A DNA stretch of 64,000 bases from a virus (taxonomy: Duplodnaviria; Caudoviricetes). The notes under the pieces are model-generated. The model had not been told where the DNA came from and searched no databases. It saw nothing but the letters and a program-made list of their open reading frames with translations. Numbering within the stretch: the stretch's first letter is position 1; each line of letters begins with the position of its first letter. Location of the stretch: positions 14,819 through 78,818 of the IMG/VR virus record IMGVR_UViG_3300037789_000055; one strand, given 5' to 3'. This document shows, one piece after another, positions 63,444-64,000 of the stretch. A program made the position numbers and the translations under genes.

Positions 63444-63805
63444 TCTCTTCGAGCCTCGTGTTGGGCCAAGGTCATGAGTCGGCCTCGGGTTGAGTTGGCT
63501 GGCCGATTGATCAGCTTCGCGATCTGGTTTGTCGGCATGCCGGTGGCTTCGAGTTCGAGCAGACGCTTGTCCTCTTCAGGGGTGAACCGCCGCACCTTGT
63601 AGCCGTTGCGAGTGTATTGCGACGGCTGCTTGGGGCTGGGGCGACGGCGGTGCGCCGGGAGATCAGCTCCGAGCCTCAGGCAGTGGTACATGACGGACTG
63701 TTCGGTCATGTCGATACGCCGGGCTATCTGACCGATGCTGAGGCCTTCCTCGCGCAGCTCCGCGGCTGTGTGGGCCTGTTCCTCGGTGTACTTCCGCCTA
63801 GCCAT
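63440..63805 (-). CDS. Tandem-HTH protein: GcrA-like N-terminal HTH plus Myb-like HTH, 121 aa
   Basis: YTEEQ...EGLSIGQIARRIDMTEQSV...RLG and FTPEEDKRLLEL...QIAKLINRP. Confidence 0.7.
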   Translation of the reverse strand: MARRKYTEEQAHTAAELREEGLSIGQIARRIDMTEQSVMYHCLRLGADLPAHRRRPSPKQPSQYTRNGYKVRRFTPEEDKRLLELEATGMPTNQIAKLINRPANSTRGRLMTLAQHEARRE

Positions 63806-64000
63806 CGGGGATCAACTCCACCGCGACGACCTTCCGGTCCAGGACCTTGATCTGCAGTTGGATCGGGATCTCATGATCCTCCGTTGCGCCGCAGTTGTAG
63901 AATTCCTCCAGGGTGCGGTCATAGTGACCTTTGAAGGTGTAGACATCAGGTTCGGGTTCGGGTTCGGGTTCAGGGGCACGGCGCCAGAAGGAGACCCTGT
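63798..64000 (-). CDS. Hypothetical protein (5'-truncated at window edge)
   Basis: Open frame ...RRAPEPEPEPEPDVYTF...LIPDG* ending in TAG at 63798-63800. Confidence 0.55.
   Translation of the reverse strand, partial: RVSFWRRAPEPEPEPEPDVYTFKGHYDRTLEEFYNCGATEDHEIPIQLQIKVLDRKVVAVELIPDG

Noticed and set aside
63949-63971. GGTTC(G) tandem repeat
   Set aside because: Fully explained by a Glu-Pro linker in the truncated ORF.
1-64000. Full CtrA box TTAA-N7-TTAA
   Set aside because: None of the TTAA sites I inspected had a second TTAA at the 7-nt spacing. Only half sites were found; the manual scan may be incomplete.
1-64000. CRISPR array, DGR/reverse transcriptase, intron, intein, homing endonuclease, transposase
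   Set aside because: No spaced repeat array, RT motif, intein ends or interrupted core genes were seen. PolA and RNR motifs are contiguous.

Overview
This window is a ~64 kb piece of a large temperate, long-tailed dsDNA phage (siphovirus-like) of an alphaproteobacterium, most likely Rhodobacterales judging from its CtrA, MucR and GapR homologues. Head and terminase genes are outside the window. Layout: (1) + strand 1-22.5 kb is a lambda/T1-like tail module (major tail protein, chaperone with a -1 frameshift site, 1773-aa tape measure, M/L/K/I/J-like tip proteins, 2405-aa J-like fibre) followed by a lysis cassette (endolysin, holin candidate, unimolecular-spanin candidate). (2) After a bidirectional terminator, - strand 22.7-41.7 kb is nucleotide metabolism and replication (thioredoxin, class I RNR with class Id signatures, MazG-like, ThyX, dNMP kinase, SbcCD-like pair, exonuclease, resolvase, GapR, C5 methyltransferase, family A polymerase, SF2 helicase). 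(3) 41.7-44.6 kb is an integration/regulatory region with an intact attP (3' half of tRNA-Thr(UGU) plus arm-type repeats), tyrosine integrase, Xis and a lone + strand mucR. (4) - strand 44.5-64 kb holds ~45 small early/accessory genes, including an HD hydrolase, ArdA-like and RadC-like proteins, a nucleotidyltransferase, a full-length CtrA and a GcrA-like HTH protein. The most striking observations are the co-occurrence of CtrA, MucR, GapR and a GcrA-like domain in one phage, a dispersed palindromic operator (TTGATTTCCGGAAATCAA family, 7 sites), and 12 covarying hairpins that sequester Shine-Dalgarno sequences. All family assignments come from motif recognition from memory; no database searches were run.
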